64,000 bases of DNA, from NCBI GenBank assembly GCA_964016885.1, contig OZ024756.1, forward strand, positions 40,920,001 through 40,984,000, in the 5' to 3' direction. The stretch comes from Eledone cirrhosa (lineage: Eukaryota). The notes under the pieces are model-generated. The model saw only the letters and a list, made by a program, of their open reading frames with translations, ran no database searches and was not told the DNA's origin. Below are positions 38,095-52,500 of the stretch, in pieces. Each line of letters opens with the position of its first letter. Positions within the stretch are counted from its first letter, which is position 1. The translations under genes were made by a program, and so were the position numbers.

Positions 38095-39996
38095 TGTGGA
38101 ACCTGCTGAGTATTCCACAATCACGTGTACTCTTAACGTGGTTTGCAGGGAGATTCAGCTTGAAACAGTGTGTGATAAATACAACTGATGTTGGCAAGCT
38201 GAGTGAACTGGAACAACATAATATATAGGGTGGTGTTATACAACAGTGAACTATAACAACATAATATATAGGGTGGTGTTATACAACACAGTGAACTAGA
38301 ACAACATAATATATAGGGTGGTGTTATACAACACAGTGAACTGGAACAACATAATATATAGGGTGGTGTTATACAACACAGTGAACTGGAACAACATAAT
38401 ATATAGGGTGGTGTTATACAACACAGTGAACTGGAACAACATAATATATAGTGTGGTGTTATACAACAGTGAACTGGAACAACATAATATATAGTGTGGT
38501 GTTATACAACAGTGAACTATAACAACATAATATATAGTGTGGTGTTATACAACAGTGAACTATAACAACATAATATATAGTGTGGTGTTATACAACACAG
38601 TGAACTATAACAACATAATATATAGTGTGGTGTTATACAACAGTGAACTATAACAACATAATATATAGTGTGGTGTTATACAACAGTGAACTAGAACAAC
38701 ATAATATATAGTGTGGTGTTATACAACAGTGAACTAGAACAACATAATATATAGTGTGGTGTTATACAACAGTGAACTGGAACAACATAATATATAGTGT
38801 GGTGTTATACAACAGTGAACTATAACAACATAATATATAGTGTGGTGTTATACAACAGTGAACTATAACAACATAATATATAGTGTGGTGTTATACAACA
38901 GTGAACTAGAACAACATAATATATAGTGTGGTGTTATACAACACAGTGAACTAGAACAACATAATATATAGGGTGGTGTTATACAACACAGTGAACTGGA
39001 ACAACATAATATATAGGGTGGTGTTATACAACACAGTGAACTGGAACAACATAATATATAGTGTGGTGTTATACAACAGTGAACTATAACAACATAATAT
39101 ATAGTGTGGTGTTATACAACACAGTGAACTGGAACAACATAATATATAGTATGGTGTTATACAACAGTGAACTATAACAACATAATATATAGGGTGGTGT
39201 TATACAACACAGTGAACTAGAACAACATAATATATAGTGTGGTGTTATACAACACAGTGAACTAGAACAACATAATATATAGGGTGGTGTTATACAACAC
39301 AGTGAACTGGAACAACATAATATATAGTGTGGTGTTATACAACAGTGAACTAGAACAACATAATATATAGTGTGGTGTTATACAACACAGTGAACTAGAA
39401 CAACATAATATATAGGGTGGTGTTATACAACACAGTGAACTAGAACAACATAATATATAGTGTGGTGTTATACAACACAGTGAACTAGAACAACATAATA
39501 TATAGGGTGGTGTTATACAACACAGTGAACTAGAACAACATAATATATAGTGTGGTGTTATACAACACAGTGAACTAGAACAACATAATATATAGGGTGG
39601 TGTTATACAACACAGTGAACTGGAACAACATAATATATAGGGTGGTGTTATACAACACAGTGAACTGGAACAACATAATATATAGTGTGGTGTTATACAA
39701 CAGTGAACTATAACAACATAATATATAGTGTGGTGTTATACAACACAGTGAACTGGAACAACATAATATATAGTATGGTGTTATACAACAGTGAACTATA
39801 ACAACATAATATATAGGGTGGTGTTATACAACACAGTGAACTAGAACAACATAATATATAGGGTGGTGTTATACAACACAGTGAACTAGAACAACATTAT
39901 AGTGTGGTGTTCGTGTATACAAGGCACTGCCAGGAATTAACCACAATCTTACGATTGTAAGCCAAACAGTCTAACCACTAAACCACACTCCCTCAC
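38095..39996 (-). mobile_element. SINE family B-related copy split by an internally expanded minisatellite
   Basis: tRNA-like head at ~39920-39996 (CTTACGATTGTAAGCC...CTAACCACTAAACCAC). The body resumes left of 38200 (AGCTGAGTGAACTGG). Confidence 0.7.
38202..39910. repeat. 43/45-bp minisatellite, ~39 copies
   Basis: AGTGAACT(GG/AG/AT)AACAACATAATATATAG(G/T)GTGGTGTTATACAAC(AC). Confidence 0.98.
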
Positions 39997-42900
39997 ACTG
40001 GGCACCATACAGGTGGTAAATAGAAAAGCTGTGAAGAAGGCATGTTTGTCACATGCATGAGGCCTAAGCTTCAGTTCCATACAGCAACATTGGAAGTACA
40101 GCTGCTGTGAAGACATCAATAATGTATTGAAAATCTGCCAATCTATATTCATACTACAAAGATAGAGTCATTAGTGAAGTGTAGCATCTTTCCTTTGTTG
40201 CAAGCTGAGTAGAATTGAAAGCCTCCTAATCAAAGCACAAACCTGATGGGTTAGTTGTGCAGGGTGTATAAAATTGTAAATTCTATACAGGGAATATTAG
40301 ATGTTGTCATATTTTAAAGGCATCTCAAAATATTATAAATCTCCTTTTCCATGAAAAACAAAACAAAAGTATTAACCAGAACATGAAATTTTCTTTCTTT
40401 TTATAAAACAACGTGCTTAACTTTAAATATTTTCTAATGAAGTGACTCTTGCCAATAAAGTCAACTACAAGTTTCTTTGAAGTCTAACAATTATCCTAGA
40501 TTTCTTTTTGTCTGTTTTCAATGACTCTACAGCAAACTACTTCCAGCCTGGAACTGAAAATAGGATATGTCTTGTTTTTACAAAATGTAACTAATATTAG
40601 CTTTTGAAGAATGAAAGAGAAGAGAATGTGTTGTCTCTATGACGTGTATAACATTATGGCAAGATTATCTTTCTATGGAGTTAGTATTTTATTTTACAAT
40701 CTTTCTTTTTTTTAACATTCATTTATGATATTGAATGCAGGCAGTAATCATTCTAACACTATAGAGGTGTTCAAAATGGTGTTGATGGTAGTGTTCACAA
40801 TATTGTTGCTTACTATTTTTGTGATAGGAGCTGGTGGTTGTGATAAGAATTTAAGAAAAGAAAAACCATATAAAATTTAAAAATTTTCATAAGCTTTAAA
40901 ATATCAAGTACAACTGAATTACTTTGCAGTTACCAAATTTATAATTATTAATTCTGAGATAAATTTATCTGAACTAATTAATTTATGGCAGTAGTAGTTC
41001 ATAAGCAGATTGTCTCATGTAATATATTGGGATAAAACATTTGGATATCAGCCAAACACTGAAGCAGTTGGAAGAACTCAGTTCTATCTTATGAAAGGAT
41101 AGGCCAGAATTGACGAATTAAGTGCAAAATATTTCTTCCACATTTTCTTTTTATCAGAAGGTTAGATAGTGTTGAAGTAGCAAGCCCCTGCCTAATTCTA
41201 CTGTTAAACAGCTTAGATATAGATACTTCACTCCCTGCAGTAGATTCTACCTTTTAGATAATCTCAATTTAACATTGCAAAGCTAACAAAATCTTTGCTA
41301 ATTCTACAGTGTTCAGTAGATTGTGGAATGAAGAGTATTTCTCCATAGTTATGGCTATGTAAAGATTACTATTACTATTCAGAGTTCAGTGTGTTGTACA
41401 TGAGCAGTGCAGTAATGTTGACATGATACAAAACAGGTTACAAAGCCTTTTACTTGATAGACTGACATTCTATTAAGTTGGACAGTTGCAAGTCTCAGTG
41501 AAAAATATATTACTACAGAGAGAGCAGGCTACACAATGAGTAATTCTTTTGTCAGTATTTCATAACAGTTATGTAATTAAACTAAAATACTGTAACAGTA
41601 AAAGGAAAAGACGTTCAATAAAACCTAAATAGATGTGTGCACTCCTAAACAACATTTAACTCTCCTGTCTATTGTGTGTGTGAGTGTATGAGCATGTGTC
41701 TGTATGTGTGCTTATATATGCACACATACAGACACACAGAGACACATGCTCACACTTTATATATATATATATAAAGAGATAGTTGTACAAGTAAATCATA
41801 AGCTTTTACCTTATATCATATTATATAACTCACTGGCGCCAATGATGATAATGAGACATCATCATCATCATTCTATATTAGTTTTCCAAGCTGGCATGGG
41901 TTAGAAGATCATTACAGTCTGAGTCAGTTCGTATTCGAACTATAGAAGTTATTAAGTCCTCAACAAGATTAAAGAGCCCTCTCTAACTGAGGTTTTACAG
42001 AGTGGAGCAATTGCATTTATCGCGGTCCCATCACTAGAGACGCCACCTTGTTCCCTAACAACCTAACAAATATTTCCACACTACATAGTTTCCATTCTTT
42101 CAAGGGCAAACATGAATTTGATAAGGAAGAGATGACCAAGTGGTAGAAAGTGGGTGTCAGTGATGGGTATCAACAGGGGTGATAGTAGGAGGGAGTAGTA
42201 AATATCAGCTAGGGATGAAGGTAGAGGGTGAGGGTACTGAATGTGGACAGAGCCTAAGCCATCTATCATTACCCAGGCATCAACAATGGGAGTTAGGTGA
42301 AGGGTTGATGGGTGATGGTGAAAGAGGAGCAGACTGATAACAGGTATAATGAGAAGTATAGCAAGCTCTAGAAGAGAGTGTAATGATGTAGGCAATAGAT
42401 GTGAGAGAGAGAAAGGGAGGAAAGTGTGGGTGTTGTGTTGTTTCTGGGCAGATTGTCATTTAAAGAGTCAAATTCACACATGACATGAACATAACCAGTT
42501 TGATGGTTTGAAGTGTACAAGCAATGAAATGAATCTATGAAATATAAGAATTGATAACTAAGAAAATAATCTATTTACCTCTCCTGCTTTTCTATCTATT
42601 GACATTCATATAAACAGACACATACATACAGATAAACAAACACACATTAAAAACTAACAACAAAACTCTGCTATACATTGAACCAAAGTCAGTACTAAGA
42701 TAGAATTTATCAGGGAATAATTTGATAAAGAATCCTCAAGATTTGAACAATGACATCTTGTTGTAAGAGATACAGAATATGTAAATATACAATGGAAATG
42801 GTTTTAAATGAAAAATATTCCATAAAACTAATGTAAATATTGTAATCTTTTAGATGAAAATCTTAAAATGTAGGCAAGTCAAAAGAAGAATTATCAATAA

Positions 42901-43459
42901 TGTTTCTTAAAGTTTTAAAGATGCATTCAATGTATAGCTGCAACACCAAATCTAAACTATTTTAATTACTTTAGAATATAAAGAAATGTTGCTTTTCAAT
43001 AATAAAATAATATGTGTATATATGAACATATCACAATTTTCAATTTTATTCTAGCTGATAGAAGATGCTGTCACTTTTTGAAAGAATGAGAATAAAAATT
43101 TAAAATGTATGCTATAGCATTTGAAAATAATGCTATTGTAGAGTGTAAAACTACATGAAATAATGAAATCATAGTCCTGAAAGTAATGCCATAAAAGTTC
43201 ATGGTTTAGAAACAATAAAAAAAATAAAGAATTATGTGATGATATGAAACTAAAAGTAAAATAAAACTTTATGCAAAGGACATATTTAATTTATGAAAAG
43301 GACATTATTAATTTTAGGTTAATCATGCCATTTTTTTTTCTCTGTAAACTTTGATGATAAAAAACAAAACAAAATAAAGTTGATTACTGTCTAGAAGCAA
43401 TAAACCATGAATTAAATTGGAGGTGAGCAATGAAATATTGTATTTGTAATTAATAATTA

Positions 43460-43670
43460 CTTCTAATTTAGGTACAGAATTTGTGGTGTGGGTAAAGTTG
43501 ATAACATCGACTCCCAGTACATGAGTGGTACTTTATTTTATCAACCCCTTCCCTAGAACGATGAAAGGCAAAGTTGACCTCAACATAATTTGAACTTAGA
43601 ATATAAAGAACCAGAAAAAATATTGCTAAGCATTTGTCCAATGTTCTAAGAACTCTGTCAATCCACCACT
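43460..43670 (-). mobile_element. old SINE family A copy
   Basis: GGTACTTTATTTTATCAACCCC...GATGAAAGGCAAAGTTGACCTC...TTTGAACT. Confidence 0.75.
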
Positions 43671-44667
43671 CTCTTAGTATCAATAACAAGATTAAAACAG
43701 CTAAACTAACCCTTGCATAATCATGTTTGTCAAGAAATACACAGCTCTAAGTTTCAATTATTCTGAAATAATTGAAATATGTGAAAGTGCGTTAATTCAA
43801 ATGTTTATAGTATCTTTACTTGTGAAAACTTGCAATATTACAGTCAAGATGTTAATGTTTCATGCGATGCAGTCATAGTATTGTATAATACTTCTTAAAA
43901 ATGACTTGCCAATGTGGTTTGTTAATTCAAATGTTTATAGTATCTTTACTAATACACAGATTGTTGTGAACATTTTAAACTTTTAACATGATGCTGTCAT
44001 AATGCTGTTTTCTATTTTTCAAGAATGTCATGTTAGTATGGTTTCTGTTAAGAGTTAAGGTCTGTGCTTCATGCATAATCTAATGAAAGGCTTTCACATA
44101 AAATTATGATGAAATGTTTCCAATTTAAATATGAATATTTTCAAGCAGTTGATTTAGTATGATAGAGCAAGGGGTTAAACTGGCAATCTAAACAGAGTAA
44201 AATAGTATTTAGTTGTATTTCTCAGCAGATGATATTTTTCTGGTGGGCTGTGGTAGAGAAGTATGCTTGCTGTGAGGTAGAATTACAAGAAACCATTAGC
44301 TCTGACTGTTTAAATGGGGCACATAGGAACTAAGGTGTGAAGTGAGATTTAAGAGATTGTGATAGCACTAAGAAGTTCTTCGGTTGGTTGGGGTGGGGGG
44401 CAGATAATACTGTGTATGATAATATCAAACATGTTCAGAGAAATATAGTGTGCTATGTGTGTGCACACGCATGTTTGTATGAGAGAATGAGAGGGGGAGG
44501 AGAGAGGTAAATAGAGAGTGAGGGAAAGAGGGAGAGCGAGAGAGATTCTTCTCTCCAATACTAGTTTTGCAGAATTAATTTTTTCAATTTCAATCAATAA
44601 CTGCAATACTTGAAATTACTTTTTACTATTGATATTTTTACACAGAAAAGATTATTAAAAATGTCAT

Positions 44668-44700
<33 letters not shown>

Positions 44701-44701
44701 C

Positions 44702-44742
<41 letters not shown>

Positions 44743-46254
44743 AAAGCAAGGATTTAGGCAGAATTTATATTCTTATTAGTCTTATGCATGTTTTTACGAA
44801 TGTAATGAAGTGTAAAGATAGAATTAGTGAAAGACTCAGTTAAGTAAGATTCCAGTGGAAGTAAATAAATATTAATTAATTCCATATCATTTGTTTCATC
44901 AGAGATGTTTAAAAAAATACATAAAATACACATAAAATTTAGGAGAGGCAAGTTTCCTAGGAGACAATGTCTGTCCATCAAAATTTCATATTGATAAATG
45001 GAGTATATATCATCATTATCATCATTGTTTAACGTCCATCTTCTACGCTACCATGCATAGGACGGGTTGACCCTTAGGGAGAGAATCAGGTCAGAGGACC
45101 ATGTTTAGCTCACCCAGGGCAGATTTTGGCTTGGTTTCTGCAGCTGGATGCCCTTCCTAAAAGATATACATATGTGTGCATGTGTGTGTTGATTGAATTT
45201 TGGAGAATGAACAACCTACATCTTTGGTTTTCATATCACCATCTGTATATGGGTTGGAAGGATTCATCATATTTGTCAAAGTTCTGAAAACCTCCCTATT
45301 GTTGGTGACCTACATAATAAATGCACCCAGTACAGACTGTAAAATAGTTAGCGATGATAAGGGCATCCAGCCATAGAAAACCTGCCAAACAAAGGGTCAG
45401 AGGAATCCTTCAACTTTGACAAAGACATAACAATGTCCCTCCCTACTGCTGGTATCATGATAGCAAGTACTTAGTAGAGTGGTAGGGTATGGGATTATAT
45501 GTGAGATCTGCAGCCTGAGAGGTCAGTAGCTCCGCTGGAGTACTGACTCAGTCTGTGACACCTCATCCTTGCTAGCAGGGAAGCTGGACATTTGATGATG
45601 ATGATGATGATCTTAATTGTTAATATGTTTCTAGTGAGGTGCAGAAAGATGAGTACTACTTCCATAAATGATAAACCTTTAGACAATGGAAGGAAATGGC
45701 TAAAAAAAAATTATAAATATAGGAAAAAATGAAAAACAAAAAAATGATAAATTGTATTTTTATCTTTATTTCTTTTTCATTTATGTAATCTCCCAAAGAA
45801 AATGAAAGGCGTAACTTTATATGAAAATGTATATTTAATAGGTCATGGCCAAAGTTGACTACAATATAAGCAATGCAAAAGACATTTATTTTAAAACCCA
45901 ACTCAATTAGAACTTTAGCTTTTACTAAGAAATATTATATAGAGCATGTTATTTCCTACAAAGGAATAACTAATAAATAATATTTCAGACCCTTAACATC
46001 AGTTCATCATTATGTATGAATATAAGTTCATCATCATCATTATTACCTCCACTTTCTCATGCTGGCATGGGCTGGACTGGATGTTTTACAAGAAAATTCC
46101 CAACCGATGCTGTCCCTTTTCGCTACCTCTTATGGCATGCAGGGATATGGGGTGCTTATTCTAAAAACCAAGACCTAAAAGGGCTAAGGATGTAGTCTCT
46201 CTTCTTTCGTCTAAAGATGGAAAAATATTTAAATTTAAGTTTAATTTGAAATAA

Positions 46255-46434
46255 TTGTTTCTACATTTGGCACAAGGCCAGCAATTATCCCAGTGTATTA
46301 CTGGTGCTTTATTTTATCAACCCCATAAGGATGAAAGGCAAAGTTAACCTTAGCAGGATTTGAACTCAGACCATAAAGGGATGTAACTATGCTGGAAAGC
46401 ATGTCCGAGCCTCTACCGATACTTCCAATTCACC
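46255..46434 (-). mobile_element. SINE family A copy
   Basis: Reverse complement of 579-765. Confidence 0.88.
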
Positions 46435-48494
46435 AAAATGTTTGAGAATTTGTTTGAAGCTGGTAGCATCATATCTATTAAAGTAAATGTTATAGTATAG
46501 TTTACTTTTTATAATATTCATTGCAATGGCATAGCTAAAGAGTGTGTGCCACTGAAGCAGTCCTTGAGTTGGCCTCCCAACCCTATATTCAAACCTCAAA
46601 GTACCTCCTCATATAAAAGTGTTGGTTAAGGCAGACCCCCCTCCATGTCTCTTGACTCCCATATTAGTCATGCTACTGCTTCATTGACTCTTTCCAGCAG
46701 GTTGAAAAGACAAACATCTTTAACACCAAATACCTATAATGTTTTTACTTCTGGAATCAGAGCCAATAAAGAAATTTCTATGAAGTAGCTTGACCTGCTA
46801 GACATAGCAGCCAGATGTCATTAAATCATACCCTACCATCTTTGAGAAAAGAAGAACACATTTGATAGTGCAGTCCTATATATACAGATAGAGATGGGAT
46901 GATTATGGCTGGAATAAGTTGATCATAGAACTGCTTGGCCAAGGTTGGCCTAGTGTTAAACATTATTGGCAGCACTTTAAGATAAAATGTAATTCCTCTT
47001 CTCTTAATATTTGTTATATAACAGATGTCTTCCTATAGTATTTTAGCATCTCTGCCAATTTTTCATTGCAGCCAACATTTCTCATCAAAGAATGTTAAGT
47101 ATTAAAAGAATCTTTCCTTACAAATGAAAACTCTACATTTAATGCTGGATTTCTTTCTTTCTTTGTAATCAAGAGACAAAAGAAACACTGCATGAATGAA
47201 TATTTTTGCAAGACCCCCCCCCCCCGCACACACACGCACACACATATATATAGAGAGAAGTAAAATCCTGACCGTGGTGCCAAGCAGTTTCGGCTTGTGT
47301 GTGTATATGTGTGTATATGTGTGTAACTAAACCATAAATATATACAGTAAACAGAAAATAACAAGCACTACTAGGCACTGAACATATATTATGAAGAGTA
47401 CTTTCAATACAAGAGAAGCAACACAGCGTGTATCTAAGGCATACAATAATGCATTGACAACATGCAATCATAATAATATTAATAATAATAAAATAATTAT
47501 TTCTACATTTGGCACAAAGCCAGCAATTTGAAGGGAGGGGGAAAGCTGGTTACATCAACCCCAGTACTTAAGTAGTACTTTATTTTATCAACCCCAGAAG
47601 GAGAAAAGGCAAGTTTGACCACAATGTGGCAAGAAGTATAACTGAAGTCCCAGGTCAAGTCCATTGTGTAATCTCAATTCCTTTATGTTATTAATGAGAA
47701 AGACACAACCATCATACCACTTCCCCTCTAACTATAATTAGAAGGCTTTGTGTTGCGACAAAAGTAACCAATAACAGCTGAAGCAGAAGGAACCAATAAT
47801 TCTATTCTCAATTGGGAATAAAGAAAAATCCTTTTAAAGGCCAGACCTGAAAGCAAGTAATAAAATAGAACTAGAAGTTAATCTTTTAGTTTAATATCAT
47901 AGTTATTAGAGATGGCTGGGCAAAAGTTTTGTTATAAAGAAGAGCATCAGACAATGAAATGTTAATTTCCTGAGGACAGTATTAAATATACATGTGATAA
48001 ATAGTGATAGCAATGAAATTGATTTACCCTTTCCAACGATCACATTAAATGAAAATGTAATTGCAAGGGGTGAAGTGGCACAAACCTTTTCTAAGGCTTA
48101 CACTGTCCCCATTTAATGAAATTATAGAAAATATCTACACTAACAAAACTCTGATAGAAATTTCATAGGATTTTAACAAAAGATGCATGGACAAGGATTA
48201 AAATAAGCTTGTTTATCATATTTTGGTTTTGAATATATATCATGAAAGGATGAGCATGTAGGTAACTTCTCTGTATATAGCTTATTGATTGCAGGGAAGG
48301 GGCAGTGATTGAATCAAACCCAATAATATCAACTCTATCATCTTAATCCTTTTGTGGCTGAGACTATATTTCTAATGAAATATACTGCATTTCATTTAAT
48401 TAATGAAGAATTTGGGGGAATATATTAAAATATTAATTATGTCATTATTAAGATGGTATTCCCAACATACTTTTACAACAGGTTCTTTTATAAC

Positions 48495-49500
48495 ATATGT
48501 AGTGTCCAAGTAGTCATTACATATATCATAATGTGTAGTGTCTGAAAAGTTATTACATATATCATAACATATATAGTGTCTATTACATATACCATACCAT
48601 ATATAGTGTCTATTACATATATCATAACATATATAGTGTCTATTACATATATCATACCATATATAGTGTCTATTACATATACCATATATAGTGTCTATTA
48701 CATATATCATAACATATATAGTGTCTATTACATATATCATAACATATATAGTGTCTATTACATATATCATACCATATATAGTGTCTATTACATATACCAT
48801 ATATAGTGTCTATTACATATATCATACCATATATAGTGTCTATTACATATATCATACCATATATAGTGTCTATTACATATATCATACCATATATAGTGTC
48901 TATTACATATATCATAACATATATAGTGTCTATTACATATATCATAACATATATAGTGTCTATTACATATCATACCATATATAGTGTCTATTACATATAC
49001 CATACCATATATAGTGTCTATTACATATATCATAACATATATAGTGTCTATTACATATATCATACCATATATAGTGTCTATTACATATACCATACCATAT
49101 ATAGTGTCTATTACATATACCATACCATATATAGTGTCTATTACATATACCATACCATATATAGTGTCTATTACATATATCATACCATATATAGTGTCTA
49201 TTACATATACCATACCATATATAGTGTCTATTACATATATCATACCATATATAGTGTCTATTACATATATCATACCATATATAGTGTCTATTACATATAC
49301 CATACCATATATAGTGTCTATTACATTTACCATACCATATAGTGTCTATTACATATATCATACCATATATAGTGTCTATTACATATACCATACCATATAT
49401 AGTGTCTATTACATATACCATACCATATATAGTGTCTATTACATATACCATACCATATATAGTGTCTATTACATATATCATACCATATATAGTGTCTAAG
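48495..49500. repeat. 30-bp AT-rich minisatellite, ~33 copies
   Basis: TTACATATA(T/C)CATA(C/A)CATATATAGTGTCTA, with 25- and 28-bp deletion variants. Confidence 0.98.
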
Positions 49501-52500
49501 TAGTTATTATATGTAGTATATCAATTAAAAGCTAACATAGTAGAGAATGAACTAATTTATCAAAATGAACTCCAGGAATTCTCCCTTCTTCTCTGCCTTT
49601 TATATTGAGGCATGGTATAGTATCATAAATACCTACTTTCTGGTCCCATCTATCATGTAAGAATAGATATTAGAGGAAAAAATCAAATAATATAAAAATC
49701 TAGAAAGACATAATCCTTATAAGATATAAATTTTTTATGGAATTAAAGATACCTGAGAAAAATAAAAATATTTTAATGAGATTTCTTTCAAAGTGGTTGT
49801 CTTTAGATTCACAATATTAGTTGTATTACAGTCGAATCATTGGGCCAGTGCTGTTGTTTTAGTATAAGCTTCAACTTCTACATCTCATTGTTATCTCATA
49901 CAAACTAGTAGAGTTAAAGAGTGCAAGAAGTTGCTTCAGCAGATAGATTGCTGTCTGTCTTAAAATAGATTTTCTGCATTGTCAGTGCATTTTAGAAGAG
50001 GTGAAGAATCAAAGAAATCTTTCAAAGAAGCTAAAGAATATCTTCAATGACATTTTGATTTATAAGGAAGTATTCAGAGTTGATTAAGCAAAAACACCTT
50101 TAAAAAATCATTAAAAATAAATTTTAAATTTGAAAGCTATTTCATTTGTAATTTATTTATATATTCATTTAATTCATAAAACATATTCATCATAAAACTG
50201 AATAAATTTTCTCTTTAAATTGAACTACATTTGCTATACATTGGATAATTTAGCAATTTATAGCAGACATAGTTGAAATTATAGATTATTATTTACATAT
50301 TAGGTTGTTTTTACATCACAGGAAGCCACACACAGAGTTAACAGATCATTTATATGATGGAATCAAATACTTAAACTGAGAGACTATCAAGATGTAAGGA
50401 GTTGAGTCTATAGCCACAGATTACATCACTTTACATGTTCAATTCCGTGCATTTATGCCACAAAATTGAGTTGTGGTGAGATCAATCTATAGCCACAAAT
50501 TGCATCCCATTGCATGTTCAACACCCTGCCAAGAACTCACCAGAGCATGCTGCCCTAAAATCTCTGTATTTCTCACTGTATTCAAAGACATAAAATATCT
50601 CTCAACCCCAATCTTAGGAAATATTGCCCTTAACCCTAATTGTAGTCAATAGTTTTTTAACAAACACCAATATTTTGTTAAAATGGACTAAGATTAACAT
50701 TATATACATATATGAATTAATATTCTACTGATGCAATTAAGGTAGGACATATAACTCTATAAGAACTTAATGTAGTATTGCTATGAATATGACATTAAGT
50801 GATCAAAAACTCCAGAGTCAGATATAAAATATTGAACAATCAATTAGTGAGTATGGTGGTAAACTTTTTGTTTATTTTACACTTTAAAATGATTGCAAAA
50901 CTAACTACATGTCTTATTTGTTTTCACTGTTCAATATTATATATATATATAGAGAGAGAGAGAGAGGGAGAGGGGGGAATAGTAAGCATTGATTATGTGG
51001 CAAATATCGCTACTAAAACATTTAATATAAATTTTTAAAAACAAAATCGATTGACTTTAAAAAACAGTTAAAAGTTTCTTTAATCATGGCAAGAGTTGTG
51101 GTTGGCAGATTTTGTCAGCAATGGAAAGATCAATAGAAACATTTTTTCTTTGTTCTTATGTGATGATCAACTCCTTTTCTTTATTTTTATGACCTTTATT
51201 AATAAATGAAAATGTAAAGCTCAAGAAATTGTAGACTATTTGGACACGAAGGCATGATTATCTGACCCAATATGGCCAGCGATAGGAAGTAGTTGGGGTC
51301 AACCAGAGAGATGTTCCTCCAACAGAAGTGAGAAGGCCCTGGATTTAAAATAAGAGTTAGAAGATTATATCAGCTTACTGAGAAGTTTCAGTCAACAGTT
51401 GATATTAAATATGAAAGTGTTAAATCAAATTAAACTACAACCAAACAAGTTTATATTTGATTATCTGGTGAAACATTTTACATGGTTCACTGCAGTCTCA
51501 CTAGTTTGTCTCCTGAGTTAGTTCAACAGAAGAATGAAGGATAAAAACAGATGAATTGAACCTTGCTTGCAGATTATGGACACTAGAGATAAAACTGTTA
51601 ATAATAGAATAGCACTTTTCTCTTCTTTGAGTTTCTTTTCATCAAAACTCATATTAAAAATGTTTAATGCTACATTTATCTGTGTTAATAACACAAGCAA
51701 TAGAAAATTCAAAAAGTATTTTTTAAATGGAAAAATAAATTAAATTTTGCATTTTTGAAGAAAGATTTGATAGTGTACACATGAAAGCATGACTACTATG
51801 ATAAAAGAGAGGGGGGGGGGAAAGGACCTCCCATCTTCATAACTTAAATATTAAGAATTTTTTTAATTTTATTTTAGTCAGTTTCTTTCATAATAGTAGA
51901 AAAACAGAAATAAAAACAAGCTATCATAATGAAATAGCAACCAAATTCAATGTCTGAATTTATGTTGTTAAGAGGAATCACATGTAAAGGAGGGAAATGA
52001 TTAAATCTTATTCTGAAGGAAAACTAAAATTTCAGGAAGATCTTGCCAAAAATATAAAAAAGTCATGTAGCAAACAATGAAAGAAAAGGTGAAGAAAAAA
52101 TGGGTTTGGTTATTTCCAGTGTCTTCAACAATAAAACTATATATATATATATATGTGCGTGTGTAGATATTTATATACAACACAATCCTATTTACATGAA
52201 TATACCATTATGAAGCAGGTAAAAATAACAAAACCCAGTAGAAAAACAATAAAAGATAAGAAGACTAAATACAAGTTTTGGAGTTTTTATTATAATTTCT
52301 CTTTGTGAAGAAGTGAATCACAAGTGAACAACTAAATTAATCAATAAACAATTAATAAGATACATTTATTATTCAATCTGAGTGGCTTAAAGAAACAATA
52401 GTGATTGGGGTGGTGGAGAGAGTTGAATACATTAAACTAATACAATTTACTGAATTGTTCTGATCAAGTTTGGGCCATAGTGAACAATATTATATTATAT

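Noticed and set aside
38202-39910. CRISPR-like regular array
   Set aside because: Head-to-tail units with no unique spacers, eukaryotic context and no cas genes. The same applies to the other arrays.
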